This document shows, one piece after another, positions 27,422-38,830 of a DNA stretch of 64,000 bases. The notes under the pieces are model-generated. The model had not been told where the DNA came from. It searched no databases and saw only the letters and a program-made list of their open reading frames with translations. Within the stretch, counting starts at the first letter, position 1. Each line of letters starts with the position of its first letter. The translations under genes were made by a program, and so were the position numbers. This DNA comes from an uncultured Clostridia bacterium (lineage in GTDB: Bacteria; Bacillota; Clostridia; Oscillospirales; QAMX01): positions 10,683 through 74,682 of the forward strand of contig CALWBW010000002.1 of assembly GCA_944376195.1 (NCBI GenBank), written 5' to 3'.

Positions 27422-27571
27422 CGTTTTCTCCTCGCTGTTTCATTTCCCGGTCATTCCGGGATACGCAAGATTATCATAACATTATTTTTGTGTTCCGGCA
27501 AGTTTTCGTCTCCTCATCACAGTTTTTTTACATTTTCTTTTTCTTTTTCACTCAACACACCAAAAAATGGT

Positions 27572-27600
27572 TTGCATTTCTTGAAAACGTATGTTATGAT
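27572..27600 (+). promoter_or_regulatory. Candidate sigma-A promoter (TTGCAT-17-TATGAT) for the SLH hydrolase gene
   Basis: The hexamers lie at 27572-27577 and 27595-27600. Confidence 0.5.
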
Positions 27601-27645
27601 GTGCCTGTAACCGTTTTGTAATTTTGATAACAGTGGGTGTTACTT

Positions 27646-29835
27646 ATGAAAGGAAAACGCACGCTATCTCTTGTATTGGCGCTGACGTTCCTCGTTCTCT
27701 CTCTACCGCGTACCGGTGCTTTTTCCGATATGGCAGGGCATATAGCAGAAAGGGCGGTGGAACGATTTTGCGCCTATGGCTACGTCGTCGGCAACGACGA
27801 TACCTTCCGGCCGGATGATCCCATCACCCGGGCCGAACTGGCCGTTATTCTCGACCGCATGGCCTCTTTTACCAATCTTTCATCCAACGTCTATTCCGAT
27901 CTGGACGAAGGCTGGTATACGGAAGCCGTTTTAAAACTCAGCGCCGCCGGAATCATGCAGGGGTATGACGGGTTCATCCGTCCTTTTGACAACATGACGC
28001 GCGCAGAAGCAGTCGTCCTGTTGGCACGCACCTTCCATCTGGAACCCGAGCCGGACGGCGTCCGCTTCCTGGATGACGCGGCGGATATTCCGGACTGGGC
28101 GGTGGAGTATGTCGGAGCCATGGCCTCCGGCGGATTTCTTCCCTTCGGCCGGACTTTCCTGGCCGGGCAGGACATCACGCGGGCAGAGCTCGTCCTGATC
28201 TTAGACAGTCTGCTGGCCGACGTGTACGACGAACCTGGCGTGTATACAGACAACATCCATGGAAACCTGCTCATTACGGCACAGGATGTCATCCTGGCGG
28301 ACGTCACGGTTGCCGGAAACGTTTACCTTTCCGGACAAGCGCAAAACGTCTCGTTGGACGGTGCGACCATTCTGGGTGAAGTTTTTTCTCTTACAAACAC
28401 AGACGCACAGCCGGAAGACAGTGTGATTGCGCCGGATGTTCCCGACCCCTCCCCCTCTTCTGATATCGAGACAGAACTGGATCTCTCCCATACGGGAACA
28501 GAAACAGTTTCCGTCATCGTACGTGCCGGGCAAACGCTCACACAGATTGCCGCGCTTTTAGAGGAAAAATCCGTGTGCGCGGCGGAAGAATTCCTCGCCG
28601 CCTGCGAGTTCATCGATTTTTCCCGGTATTATTCCTTCCTTTCCGATGCCTACGCGTCGGAAAACCGTGTGTTTGCTTTGGAAGGCTATTTGCTGCCGGA
28701 CACATACACCTTGTATCTGGGCTCTTCTCCCGAACTCGTTTTAAAAACCTTCCTGGACGCTTCTGCGGATATCTATCTTGCTTATGCCGAACGCGCGGCT
28801 CTACTGGGTTATACGCTGGACGAAGCCGTTACCATTGCTTCAATCATTGAAAAAGAAGTAGGAGGCTGTACATCGCAGGATCGCGCCACCGTAGCCTCGG
28901 TTATCTATAATCGCCTGGAAAGCGGCACGAAATTGCAAATGAACGCCACAGAAAATTATCTGGAAGCCTGCGCGTCCTCCTGGGAATCCCTTTCACTTTC
29001 AGAGTATGCGTCTTATTACGATACCTACGTCTGTGACGGCCTGCCGGCTGGTGCCATTTGTTCCCCGCGTGCAGAATGTCTGGAGGCGGCGCTCACGCCC
29101 TACGAAACCGATTACCTGTTTTTCCGCTCCGACCGTTACGGCAATATTTATTACGCCGTTACATATGACGAGCACGTGCAAAACGGGGAACTGGCGAAAA
29201 ACGCCACGGAATATCTCGGTTATCTGGGCAATCTGGATGATACGCTGGAGGCAGAAGAACCTGTAATTCCTGTTGACGGTCCTTACAGCGGATACACGAT
29301 CCTGTTGGATCCCGGCCATGGCGGTATGGAGACCGGTTCTTATACGGGAGACTGTTCGGAAAAGGATATCAACCTGGCGATTGCCCTCCTGTTGCGCGAC
29401 ATTTTACGCGCCGAAGGGGTAACTGTACTTATGACCCGCGACAACGATGCCTACCTCTCCGCAGAAGATCGCGTTGCGCTTACGGCAGAAACGTCGCCGG
29501 ATCTCTTCCTCAGCATTCACTGCAACGCCTATGAAGACGACAGCACTGTGGGAGGAATTGAAACTTATTACTATCCCGGCAAGGAAGACAGCGCTGCGTG
29601 GGCTGAGCTGATTCAGGACGCGCTGATCGCATCGAGCGGCGCATCCGACCGAGGCGTCAAACAGCGTGAACTGCTCGTTCTGCATTACGCAGAAATGCCC
29701 GCTGTTATGGCAGAGCTCGGGTTCCTGACCAACTCTTTCGAATGCGACCTGCTCCGCAGTGATGATTACCAGGCATTGTTGGCACAGGGTCTGGCAGAAG
29801 GCATCTTTGCCTATCTCGACGGCCTCTCCGCTTAA
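27646..29835 (+). CDS. Secreted three-module wall hydrolase: 3x SLH, YceG/MltG-like transglycosylase domain and N-acetylmuramoyl-L-alanine amidase (Amidase_3)
   Basis: A signal peptide is followed by three SLH repeats (FSDMAGH..TRAELAVILDR; YSDLDEGWY..TRAEAVVLLAR; FLDDAADIPDWA..TRAELVLILD). The YceG-like core reads GYLLPDTYTL..IASIIEKE..VIYNRL..DTYVCDGLPAGAICSP. The Amidase_3 domain reads ILLDPGHGG..SIHCNA..ELGFLTN. Confidence 0.8.
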   Translation: MKGKRTLSLVLALTFLVLSLPRTGAFSDMAGHIAERAVERFCAYGYVVGNDDTFRPDDPITRAELAVILDRMASFTNLSSNVYSDLDEGWYTEAVLKLSAAGIMQGYDGFIRPFDNMTRAEAVVLLARTFHLEPEPDGVRFLDDAADIPDWAVEYVGAMASGGFLPFGRTFLAGQDITRAELVLILDSLLADVYDEPGVYTDNIHGNLLITAQDVILADVTVAGNVYLSGQAQNVSLDGATILGEVFSLTNTDAQPEDSVIAPDVPDPSPSSDIETELDLSHTGTETVSVIVRAGQTLTQIAALLEEKSVCAAEEFLAACEFIDFSRYYSFLSDAYASENRVFALEGYLLPDTYTLYLGSSPELVLKTFLDASADIYLAYAERAALLGYTLDEAVTIASIIEKEVGGCTSQDRATVASVIYNRLESGTKLQMNATENYLEACASSWESLSLSEYASYYDTYVCDGLPAGAICSPRAECLEAALTPYETDYLFFRSDRYGNIYYAVTYDEHVQNGELAKNATEYLGYLGNLDDTLEAEEPVIPVDGPYSGYTILLDPGHGGMETGSYTGDCSEKDINLAIALLLRDILRAEGVTVLMTRDNDAYLSAEDRVALTAETSPDLFLSIHCNAYEDDSTVGGIETYYYPGKEDSAAWAELIQDALIASSGASDRGVKQRELLVLHYAEMPAVMAELGFLTNSFECDLLRSDDYQALLAQGLAEGIFAYLDGLSA

Positions 29836-29850
29836 AATTACTTAAAAAAG

Positions 29851-29900
29851 CAGCCGCGCGGCGCACTGTAATCAGACGCCGCGCGGCTGTTTTGCTTTTT
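29851..29900. terminator. Bidirectional terminator between convergent genes
   Basis: A 13-bp GC-rich stem (cagccgcgcggcg/cgccgcgcggctg) is followed by ttttgctttttt. Confidence 0.8.
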
Positions 29901-31114
29901 TATTTCCCCAAAAAATACCGCATTAAAGAAGGCCCGTCGGCAATGACAAGCCCTGTCGCCGCCGCATGACGTTCGTCATAGGCCTCCGCAGCGTAGGTTC
30001 CACAGGAGCCCTCGGAACGATACACAACAAAGGGGACCGCGTCACGCGCGTGCGTCATAGTCGAAACCGGCGTCGGATGATCCGGCAGCACCATCACCGT
30101 GTAAGGCTCGCCGCAGCCGCGCAAATACTCCCACACAGGGGCGAGAATCCGCGCGTCAATCCGCTCGATCGCCGTTATTTTTCCCTCCGTATCCGCGTGA
30201 TGCCCGCATTCATCCGGACCTTCCAGGTGAATATATACGAAATCACGGCCACGTTTTAATGCATCGATAGCCGCTTCTGCTTTTCCTTCAAAGTTCGTGT
30301 CCAGCGTACCGGTCGCGCCTTCCACATCGATGCTTTCAAACCCTGCGCAGAGGCCAATGCCTTTAATCAGATCTACCGCGGAAATCACCGTGCCGGAGAG
30401 CCCGTAAAGTTCCCGGAACGCCGGCAGAGCCGGCCGCTTGCCCTCTCCCCAGAACCAACAGGAAGTCGCGGCGTTCAGACCGTGCGCACGGCGGGCAACA
30501 TTCACCGGATGATCCCGCAGGATTTCCCGAGAACGCTTCATCATAGAGAGCAGCATATCGCCATACCGCCCGGACGGCAGATACCCGGCAATGGGCTGGC
30601 CGGTAATATCGTGCGGCGGCGTACAATCGGTGCCCGTATCCGCCTGAGAGAGCACCAGACAGTGCCGGTAGCTGATCCCCGGATACAAATGAATTTCATC
30701 CGCGTTCAACTCCGCTGCCACCGCTCGGATCAGTTCCGAGGCCTCTTCCGTCGTAATTTCCCCGGCGGAGTAATCCACCATGACAGCATCCTCGAATCGC
30801 GCCGTATCAGAGAGCGTGACCAGATTACAGCGCAGCGCAACGTCATCGTCCTCCAGCCGGATTCCCATGCTCACGGCCTCCAGCGGCGAACGCCCTGTAT
30901 AGCATACCGTCGGATCATATCCCATCACGGAGAGATTCGCCGTATCAGAACCAGGCTTCACACTGTCCGGCACAGTTTTCACCAGTCCGCACGCCCCGTG
31001 CTTTGCAAGTTCGTCCATATGTGGCGTCACAGCCGCTTCCAGCGGGGTACGATCCCCCAATGCAGGGATTGGATAATCCGCAGCGCCATCCGTCAATACA
31101 ATTACATATTTCAT
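29900..31114 (-). CDS. apgM: Cofactor-independent phosphoglycerate mutase, ApgM type (alkaline-phosphatase superfamily)
   Basis: It has MKYVIVLTDGAADYP..TPLE..TPHMDELA and GSDTANLS..GYDP motifs, plus a metal-binding ..HLEGPDECGH.. segment. Confidence 0.75.
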   Translation of the reverse strand: MKYVIVLTDGAADYPIPALGDRTPLEAAVTPHMDELAKHGACGLVKTVPDSVKPGSDTANLSVMGYDPTVCYTGRSPLEAVSMGIRLEDDDVALRCNLVTLSDTARFEDAVMVDYSAGEITTEEASELIRAVAAELNADEIHLYPGISYRHCLVLSQADTGTDCTPPHDITGQPIAGYLPSGRYGDMLLSMMKRSREILRDHPVNVARRAHGLNAATSCWFWGEGKRPALPAFRELYGLSGTVISAVDLIKGIGLCAGFESIDVEGATGTLDTNFEGKAEAAIDALKRGRDFVYIHLEGPDECGHHADTEGKITAIERIDARILAPVWEYLRGCGEPYTVMVLPDHPTPVSTMTHARDAVPFVVYRSEGSCGTYAAEAYDERHAAATGLVIADGPSLMRYFLGK

Positions 31115-31217
31115 CTCAAGTAAACGCCTTTCCAAAAAGATTTGTTACCATTGTAACATAATCGGAAGAACTCCGCAATGCGTAAGTATTCTGCCGCCTT
31201 TCAAACAGAGGCACGCA

Positions 31218-31973
31218 TCAGATGTAAAAATCCAGCACCAACATGATGATGAAACCCACGAGTAAAGAATAGGTCGCGGCACGTTCAAAACCGTGGCTGT
31301 GCGTTTCCGGGATCATATCATGGCTCACGACATAGAGCATCGTCCCGCCGGCAAACGCCAAAAAAAAGGGCAGCAAAAACGACGCAACCGAAACGGCCAA
31401 ATACCCGAACAAAGTTCCGACCACTTCCATCAAACCCGTACCAAGCGCAATTAAGAAGGTCCGTTTTCTGCTGATTCCCGCCGCAAGCATCGGTGCAATG
31501 AGGATCATGCCCTCCGGAATATTCTGCAGTGCTATGCCTGCCGCCACCGTAATCGCATCCCCGATATCGCCCGTGCCAAAACTGACGCCCGCTGCCGCGC
31601 CCTCCGGCAAATTGTGAATGGCAATTGCCGTCACAAACAGCAACACCCGATTCAGCTGACGGGCGTCTTCCCCTTCATCGGTCATATGAACGCCCGCCAA
31701 ACTGTGCAGATGCGGCACAAACCGATCAATAAAATTCAAAAACAAAGCGCCGCACAGAATTCCGGCTCCTACAATCAGCGCGCCAAACTGCCCGCCTTTT
31801 TCGATTCCCGGCAGAATTAAGCCCAAAATTGCCGCCGCCAACATGACGCCCGCCGCAAAACTTAACACAATATCATGGAAGCGATGTGCAATCCGTTTAA
31901 TTGCAAATCCCAGAATTGCTCCGAATACCGTCGCGCCTCCGACACCCAGCGCCGTTAACAGTACCTGCTGCAA
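31218..31973 (-). CDS. zupT: ZIP-family divalent metal (zinc) transporter
   Basis: It is a polytopic membrane protein with HNLPEG and His-rich motifs typical of ZupT. The TTG start follows a GGAGGAG RBS. Confidence 0.65.
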   Translation of the reverse strand: MQQVLLTALGVGGATVFGAILGFAIKRIAHRFHDIVLSFAAGVMLAAAILGLILPGIEKGGQFGALIVGAGILCGALFLNFIDRFVPHLHSLAGVHMTDEGEDARQLNRVLLFVTAIAIHNLPEGAAAGVSFGTGDIGDAITVAAGIALQNIPEGMILIAPMLAAGISRKRTFLIALGTGLMEVVGTLFGYLAVSVASFLLPFFLAFAGGTMLYVVSHDMIPETHSHGFERAATYSLLVGFIIMLVLDFYI

Positions 31974-32159
31974 ACCACGATCTCCTCCTTTTCCAATCTT
32001 CTTTAAAAATTAGGATTCATTCTTAAAACAAGATATCAAATTTTAAAAACCTTGTCAAGCAAAAACCCCTCCAGCTTTACTGTACGCATCACTGTCCTTT
32101 TTGTTGACTATTTCCGCCTACTGTGGTACGCTTACTCTGAGAAATGGGGGAAACGCCAC

Positions 32160-33446
32160 ATGAGTCAAGTTTCAAATATTTTACAAGACGTAGAGATTCC
32201 GCAATTTTACCATGTTGCGCAAAAAGTACGTCACGATCACTGTGGCGATGCGGCGGAAGCTCTGCTGCACGCACTGACTCGTCCCGGTACATTAGACCAC
32301 ATTCAGCCCGGCATGCGCGTCGCAATTACCGGTTCCAGCCGGGAACTGGCCAACATCGTCGTCATGATGCGTACGCTGGCCGGCGCAATACGGGAACGCG
32401 GCGCACAGCCGTTTGTCGTGCCCGCGATGGGCAGTCATGGCGGCGCCACCGCGGAAGGACAGCGGCGGCTTTTGGCAGGATACGGCGTCTTCGAAGAAAA
32501 CATCGGCATGCCGGTACTTTCTTCGATGGAAACGCGGATTGTCGGCCACACAATAGACGGCCTTCCGGTCCACGTGGACGCCAATGCGCTGGATGCCGAC
32601 TGCATCATTCCGTTTGGCCGCATCAAAGCGCATACGGATTTCCGGGGAGACTACGAAAGCGGCATTATGAAGATGATGGTGATCGGTCTGGGAAAACAGC
32701 ACGGCGCCGGCATCTGCCATAGTCAGGGCTACGGCCGTTTTGCGCACAACATTTATGAAATTGGGCGCACTGTCCTGGAAAAATGCAAAATTGCCTTTGG
32801 CATCGGCGTCATTGAGAATCCATTTCACGAAACGTTTGCCATCCATGCGATTCCTGCGGAGCATATACTGGAGGAAGAACCGCCCTTGCTCCGGCAGGCA
32901 AAATCCATCATGCCGAAAATCCCCTTTGAAAAGGTCGACATCCTGATGGTGGAGGAATCCGGAAAGGATATCAGCGGAAATGGCATGGATTCCAATGTCA
33001 TCGGACGCTCTGTTTATCTGGGGCAGTCGGAACCCTTTATCAACCGCATCGGTGTTCTGCGTCTCTCGGCAAAAACCGGAGGCAGTTTTGCAGGAATCGG
33101 TCATGCCGACCTCATCACGCGAAAGCTTTTTGAGCAGGGCGATATGGACGAGACCTATCCCAATTGCATTACCTGCCATTTGCCCATGATGGCAGCGTTG
33201 CCGCCCGTCATGGAGACAGACCGTCTCTGTTTGCAGGGCTGTATTTACACCTGTACCGACCGCGGACCGCAGGGCCAACGCATAGTCTGGATTCACAACA
33301 CGCTTTCCCTGGAATCATTCTATATCAACGCCGCGCTTTTAGAGGAAGCACAGGCCAATCCCGCCCTCACTGTCGATTTGACGCCGTATATGCCCATTTT
33401 TACGCAGGAAGGAGATTTCAACAGCTTTCAAAAAATCACCACATAG
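32160..33446 (+). CDS. LarA-N-like (DUF2088-type) domain protein, function unknown
   Basis: RVAITGSSR..VVPAMGSHGGATAEGQ..FGRIKAHTDF..MMVIGLGKQHGA resembles the lactate-racemase N-terminal fold as I remember it. The ATG at 32160 was chosen. Confidence 0.45.
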   Translation: MSQVSNILQDVEIPQFYHVAQKVRHDHCGDAAEALLHALTRPGTLDHIQPGMRVAITGSSRELANIVVMMRTLAGAIRERGAQPFVVPAMGSHGGATAEGQRRLLAGYGVFEENIGMPVLSSMETRIVGHTIDGLPVHVDANALDADCIIPFGRIKAHTDFRGDYESGIMKMMVIGLGKQHGAGICHSQGYGRFAHNIYEIGRTVLEKCKIAFGIGVIENPFHETFAIHAIPAEHILEEEPPLLRQAKSIMPKIPFEKVDILMVEESGKDISGNGMDSNVIGRSVYLGQSEPFINRIGVLRLSAKTGGSFAGIGHADLITRKLFEQGDMDETYPNCITCHLPMMAALPPVMETDRLCLQGCIYTCTDRGPQGQRIVWIHNTLSLESFYINAALLEEAQANPALTVDLTPYMPIFTQEGDFNSFQKITT

Positions 33447-34010
<564 letters not shown>

Positions 34011-34029
34011 GCTTCCCGCACATAAAAAT

Positions 34030-34073
34030 AAAGCTGCAATACACAGCAGGAATCTGCTGTATGTTGCAGCTTT
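34030..34073. terminator. Bidirectional terminator, end of the alpha operon
   Basis: A roughly 20-bp stem (aaagctgcaatacacagcag/ctgctgtatgttgcagcttt) has a 4-nt loop. Confidence 0.8.
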
Positions 34074-34098
34074 ATCTGTCTTCGGAATCGACTGGTAC

Positions 34099-34434
34099 TT
34101 ACACCAGCTCGATAATCGCCATTTCTGCGGCATCACCGCGACGCGGGCCCGTTCTCACGATCCGGGTATAACCGCCGTTGCGCTCTTTGTATTTCGGCGC
34201 GATTTCATCAAACAGCTTGATGACGACGTCTTCCTTTGTAATAAAAGCAAATGCCTGACGCTTGGAAGCGAGCGTGCCGTTTTTGCCCAGGGTAATCATT
34301 TTCTCCGCGATCGGGCGGACCTCCTTGGCACGGGTAACAGTGGTCTCAATTCTGCCGTTATCCAGCAGATATGTCACCATTGCTCTCAGCATTGCCATTC
34401 TATGATCGGTCTTTCTGCCGAGCTTGCGTGGCAT
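34099..34434 (-). CDS. rplQ: 50S ribosomal protein L17
   Basis: [17 protein letters not shown] is present. An AAGGAGGAA RBS lies 6 nt before the ATG at 34434. Confidence 0.95.
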   Translation of the reverse strand: MPRKLGRKTDHRMAMLRAMVTYLLDNGRIETTVTRAKEVRPIAEKMITLGKNGTLASKRQAFAFITKEDVVIKLFDEIAPKYKERNGGYTRIVRTGPRRGDAAEMAIIELV

Positions 34435-34480
34435 AGACAATTCCTCCTTAAAGTGCTTCTAGTGGGGAGTGCGGCTCCCA

Positions 34481-35428
34481 TTATTCCTCGTTCTTCTGAA
34501 GCGACAGGCCCATCGCACTCAGCTTGTTCATAACCTCTTCCAGGCTCTTGCGGCCCAGGTTACGAACCTTCATCATCTCGTCCTCTGTCTTATCAATCAA
34601 ATCCTCAACCGTATTGATTCCCGCACGCTTCAAGCAGTTAAAGCTGCGGACGCTGAGATCCAGTTCCTCGATTGTCATCTCAAGAACCTTTTCATACTGC
34701 GCTTCCACGCGCTCCACCACTGTGGAACGAGAACCAACCTCTTCAGAGAGATCAATAAAGTGGACAAGTAGATCGCTCAAAATCTTTGCCGACCAGGAAA
34801 TTGCCTCCTGCGCAGTCAAAGTCGAGTTCGTCCAAACTTCCAGAATCAGCCTGTCGTAATCTGTTACATTGCCTACTCGGGTGTTTTCAACAGCGTAGTT
34901 GACTTTGTAAACCGGCGTGTAAATCGAATCAACCGGAATAAGGCCAATGATGGACTGCGCGGGCTTGTTGCGTTCCGCAGGCACATAGCCGCGGCCGTGG
35001 CCCAAGGTCAGTTCCATATTGAGATGGGCATCCGCGCCCAGGGTGGCAATATGCCAATCCGGATTTAAAATCTCGACTTCGCCATCTGTCTTGATATCGC
35101 CTGCGCACACCTCGCACTCCCCTGCGGCGTTAATATACACCACTTTCGGGGTCTGCGAATGCAGGCGGGCAATGATGCCCTTGACATTCAGGACAATTTC
35201 CGTGACGTCTTCCTTCACACCGGGAATAGTGGAAAATTCGTGCTGAACACCATTTATTTTAATACTCGTAACCGCTGCACCGGGCAATGAAGAGAGCAGG
35301 ATTCGCCGCAATGAATTGCCCAGGGTCGTACCGTAGCCTCTCTCCAGAGGCTCCACTACAAATCTGCCATAGGAACCATCCTCAGACATCTCTGCACATT
35401 CAATGCGGGGCTTATCAATCTCTATCAT
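34481..35428 (-). CDS. rpoA: DNA-directed RNA polymerase subunit alpha
   Basis: [25 protein letters not shown] is present, and the C-terminal domain reads [17 protein letters not shown]. Confidence 0.95.
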   Translation of the reverse strand: MIEIDKPRIECAEMSEDGSYGRFVVEPLERGYGTTLGNSLRRILLSSLPGAAVTSIKINGVQHEFSTIPGVKEDVTEIVLNVKGIIARLHSQTPKVVYINAAGECEVCAGDIKTDGEVEILNPDWHIATLGADAHLNMELTLGHGRGYVPAERNKPAQSIIGLIPVDSIYTPVYKVNYAVENTRVGNVTDYDRLILEVWTNSTLTAQEAISWSAKILSDLLVHFIDLSEEVGSRSTVVERVEAQYEKVLEMTIEELDLSVRSFNCLKRAGINTVEDLIDKTEDEMMKVRNLGRKSLEEVMNKLSAMGLSLQKNEE

Positions 35429-35538
35429 TATTTCATACCCTCCTTGAGTCACTACGCTTGCGCGCCTGGGGTTTACAACAAACAACGATAAATGACTCCG
35501 CGGCACAATGCCGCCAATCATTTACCCGATACATCGCA

Positions 35539-36165
35539 TTACTTCGAATACAACTCAACGATATGGTGCTCCTCAATCGGGAGATCGATATCATCGCGCT
35601 CAGGCATGGCCACAATTTTGCCTTCCAGTTTTTCGACATCCAGCGTCAGCCACTTCGGGATCGGCTTGGAAGCATTGGCTTCCAGGATTGCCTTAAACTT
35701 GGCGGAAGAACGGCTGCCATCCTTCAAAGCGATTACATCGCCTGCTTTACACAAATAAGAGGGAATGTTCACCTTTTTGCCATTAACCTCAAAGTGTCCA
35801 TGACGTACCAGCTGACGGGCTTCCGGACGGGACATTGCAAAACCAAGACGGTATACAATGTTATCCAGACGGCTCTCCAAAATTACCAGCAGGTTTTCGC
35901 CCGTAACGCCCTTGCGCTTTTCAGCAAGTTCGAAATAGTGAGCGAACTGTCCCTCAAGGACACAATAATATCTCTTGGCCTTCTGCTTCTCACGCAGCTG
36001 CGTACCATATTCGCTGCGCTTCTTGCGTGCCTGGCCATGCTGGCCGGGAGCAAAATTACGACGCGTGAGCGCGCACTTGCCGGTATAGCATCTATCGCCC
36101 TTCAAAAAGAGCTTCTCACCCTCGCGGCGGCACAATTTGCAAACCGCACCGGTATATCTTGCCAT
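35539..36165 (-). CDS. rpsD: 30S ribosomal protein S4 (Cys4 zinc-finger form)
   Basis: [31 protein letters not shown]. Confidence 0.95.
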   Translation of the reverse strand: MARYTGAVCKLCRREGEKLFLKGDRCYTGKCALTRRNFAPGQHGQARKKRSEYGTQLREKQKAKRYYCVLEGQFAHYFELAEKRKGVTGENLLVILESRLDNIVYRLGFAMSRPEARQLVRHGHFEVNGKKVNIPSYLCKAGDVIALKDGSRSSAKFKAILEANASKPIPKWLTLDVEKLEGKIVAMPERDDIDLPIEEHHIVELYSK

Positions 36166-36187
36166 TCTCAGTACACCTCCAAATGAA

Positions 36188-36589
36188 TTAGACGCGGCGA
36201 CGCTTCGGCGGGCGGCATCCGTTGTGGGGGATCGGGGTTACATCCTTAATCAGGCTCACCTCGAGACCGGCGGCCTGCAAAGCGCGAATCGCTGCTTCAC
36301 GTCCCGAACCAGGTCCTTTGACATACACCTCAACGCTCTTGAGGCCATGCTCCATCGCGTTCTTCGCGGCAGTTTCTGCTGCGGACTGAGCGGCAAACGG
36401 CGTGGACTTACGGGAGCCACGGAAGCCGAGCCCACCGGCAGACGCCCATGCAATGGCATTACCGTTCACATCGGTGATTGTCACGATGGTATTATTAAAG
36501 GAAGCACGGATATGAGCCTGACCCTTTTCAATATTCTTACGCTCACGGCGTCTTCTGACGGTGGTGTTTTTCTTGGATTTAGGTGGCAT
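36188..36589 (-). CDS. rpsK: 30S ribosomal protein S11
   Basis: ..[27 protein letters not shown].. Confidence 0.95.
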   Translation of the reverse strand: MPPKSKKNTTVRRRRERKNIEKGQAHIRASFNNTIVTITDVNGNAIAWASAGGLGFRGSRKSTPFAAQSAAETAAKNAMEHGLKSVEVYVKGPGSGREAAIRALQAAGLEVSLIKDVTPIPHNGCRPPKRRRV

Positions 36590-36601
36590 TTCTGTCCCTC
36601 C

Positions 36602-36970
36602 TTACTTTCTCTTGTTGGCTATGGTCTTAGCCGGGCCCTTACGGGTTCTCGCGTTGGTGCGGGTACGCTGGCCGCGAACCGGGAGGCCTTTTCTATGCCG
36701 GAGACCACGATAGGAACCAATTTCAATCAGACGCTTGATATCAAGCGCTACGTCACGGCGAAGGTCACCTTCGACGCGATACGAACGGTCAATTGCCTCA
36801 CGAAGCTTGGAAATATCGTCCTCGCTGAGATCACGCACACGGATATCCGGATTTACGCCGGTCTCCGCAAGAATATCCTGAGAGCTCTTGAGACCAATGC
36901 CATAAATATAAGTCAGCGCGATCTCAATTCTTTTATCTCTGGGAAGGTCAACGCCTGCAATACGTGCCAT
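36602..36970 (-). CDS. rpsM: 30S ribosomal protein S13
   Basis: [26 protein letters not shown]. Confidence 0.95.
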   Translation of the reverse strand: MARIAGVDLPRDKRIEIALTYIYGIGLKSSQDILAETGVNPDIRVRDLSEDDISKLREAIDRSYRVEGDLRRDVALDIKRLIEIGSYRGLRHRKGLPVRGQRTRTNARTRKGPAKTIANKRK

Positions 36971-36988
36971 AGTAAAACGTCCTCCTAC

Positions 36989-37102
36989 TTAACCCTGTCT
37001 CTGCTTATGCTTCGGCTTCTCGCAGATAATCATAAGACGGCCCTTGCGGCGAATAAACTTACACTTTTCGCACATGGGCTTCACTGACGGTCTAACTTTC
37101 AT
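36989..37102 (-). CDS. rpmJ: 50S ribosomal protein L36
   Basis: It was read from the minus strand and is below the ORF-track cutoff ([37 protein letters not shown]). Confidence 0.95.
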   Translation of the reverse strand: MKVRPSVKPMCEKCKFIRRKGRLMIICEKPKHKQRQG

Positions 37103-37141
37103 ATGAAACCAACCTTTCTGACCGCATGGTCAAACCAAAAC

Positions 37142-37360
37142 TCATTTCGAACGCCACGTAATCCGGCCGCGAGTCAAATCATAGGGTGACATTTGCACAG
37201 TCACCTTGTCTCCCGGCAGGATACGAATAAAATTCATCCTGAGCTTTCCTGATATATGTGATAAAATGCGGTGCCCGTTTGCAAGTTCCACCGTGAACAT
37301 TGCATTCGGCAGCGCCTCTATGACGGTACCCTCGAGTTCGATTACATCGTCTTTTGCCAA
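37142..37360 (-). CDS. infA: Translation initiation factor IF-1
   Basis: (M)[29 protein letters not shown] is present. The TTG start at 37360 follows a GGGAGG RBS. Confidence 0.9.
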   Translation of the reverse strand: MAKDDVIELEGTVIEALPNAMFTVELANGHRILSHISGKLRMNFIRILPGDKVTVQMSPYDLTRGRITWRSK

Positions 37361-37422
37361 GCTACAATACCTCCCTAACACTTTACGGGAACAACAACGC
37401 GCGTTTCCCATCACGTGTTTCG

Positions 37423-38181
37423 TTATATTCCTTCATCCCATTTTGTCAGAAGAACCGGATCCCCGGTCGTGATCAGAACACTGTGTTCATAATGAGCCGA
37501 CAAACTGTGATCAACCGTTTTCACGGTCCAGTTATCCGGCATGACCCGCACATCAAACGAACCGGCATTAATCATCGGTTCAATGGCGATGGTCATCCCC
37601 GGCAGCAGCCGCGGCCCATGACCGGGCTTTCCGAAGTTTGGCACCTCCGGGTCCTCATGCAGCTTCCGTCCAACGCCGTGTCCCACATACTGGCGCACCA
37701 CGCCGTAGCCAAAACGTTCGGCATATTCCTGCACTGCATGTGAAATATCAGAAACCCGATATCCGACCCTTGCAAACTTGATACCCTCATAGAAACTCTG
37801 TCTTGTCACATCCATGAGCCGGCGTGCTTCTTCGGAAATCTCGCCGACGGCAAACGTCGCAGCACAGTCTCCGTGAAAACCTTCAAAAAAGGCCCCGACA
37901 TCCACCTTCACAAGGTCACCCTCGTGTACCACTCGATCGCCGGGAATACCATGAATCACTTCGTCATTCACACTGACGCAAGCGCTTCCCGGGAAACCGG
38001 CGTACCCTAGAAAGGAGGGTTTAGCGCCATGGGAAAGTATGGCGGCATGTACAGCCTGATCGATATACCGAGTCGTAACACCGGGACGGATCACAGCCTT
38101 AGCCGCCATCATGGCGGCAGCTGTGATCGCGCCGGATTTTTGCATGGATGCAATCTCTTTAGAATTTTTCAGCGTAATCAT
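37423..38181 (-). CDS. map: Type I methionine aminopeptidase
   Basis: The metal-ligand pattern reads ..VKVDVGA..GFHGD.., ..VGHGVG.., ..MTIAIEP... Confidence 0.95.
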   Translation of the reverse strand: MITLKNSKEIASMQKSGAITAAAMMAAKAVIRPGVTTRYIDQAVHAAILSHGAKPSFLGYAGFPGSACVSVNDEVIHGIPGDRVVHEGDLVKVDVGAFFEGFHGDCAATFAVGEISEEARRLMDVTRQSFYEGIKFARVGYRVSDISHAVQEYAERFGYGVVRQYVGHGVGRKLHEDPEVPNFGKPGHGPRLLPGMTIAIEPMINAGSFDVRVMPDNWTVKTVDHSLSAHYEHSVLITTGDPVLLTKWDEGI

Positions 38182-38810
38182 TGAATCCCCAACGCCTCAT
38201 AAATGGATGCGCTCACTTCTTCAAGCGGACGCTCTCCATCCACGGTTTTCAAAAGACCACGATCACGATAAAACGCAATCAGCGGCTCTGTCTGCTCATG
38301 ATAAACCTGCAAACGGCCCTGTACGACCTCCGGAGCGTCGTCCGGACGGACAATCAGATCCGCGCCGCAGCTGTCGCAGACATTCTCCTTTTTCGGAGGG
38401 TTGTGCGTCACATGATAAGTTGCGCCGCACGAAGGGCAGGTACGTCTTCCGGACATCCGGTTTACAATTGCCGTATCCGGGACATAGATTTCAACGACCG
38501 CATCAACCGCACATATTTCCTCCAGTGCCTCAGCCTGGGGGATCGTGCGGGGGAAACCGTCCAGCAGGAAACCTGGCTTGCAGTCCTCCTGCGCAATCCG
38601 GTTTTTCAAAAGCTCGATAACCAGGGTATCGGGAACCAGGGCGCCCGACTCTACAATGGATTTAACGCGGTTGCCCAATTCCGTACCACTTTTAATTTCC
38701 GAGCGAATAATATTTCCAGTAGAAACCTGCGGAATCCCGAGTTTCTCACAAAGCAGTTCCGCCTGCGTGCCTTTTCCGGCGCCAGGCGCACCCAAAAGAA
38801 TTAGCTTCAC
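38178..38810 (-). CDS. adk: Adenylate kinase (Cys4 zinc lid)
   Basis: (M)KLILLGAPGAGKGTQAE is present, and the lid reads CPSCGATYH..CDSCGADL. The GTG start follows a GGAAAGGAG RBS. Confidence 0.95.
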   Translation of the reverse strand: MKLILLGAPGAGKGTQAELLCEKLGIPQVSTGNIIRSEIKSGTELGNRVKSIVESGALVPDTLVIELLKNRIAQEDCKPGFLLDGFPRTIPQAEALEEICAVDAVVEIYVPDTAIVNRMSGRRTCPSCGATYHVTHNPPKKENVCDSCGADLIVRPDDAPEVVQGRLQVYHEQTEPLIAFYRDRGLLKTVDGERPLEEVSASIYEALGIQ

Positions 38811-38830
38811 GGAAATGCTCCTTTCCAATC

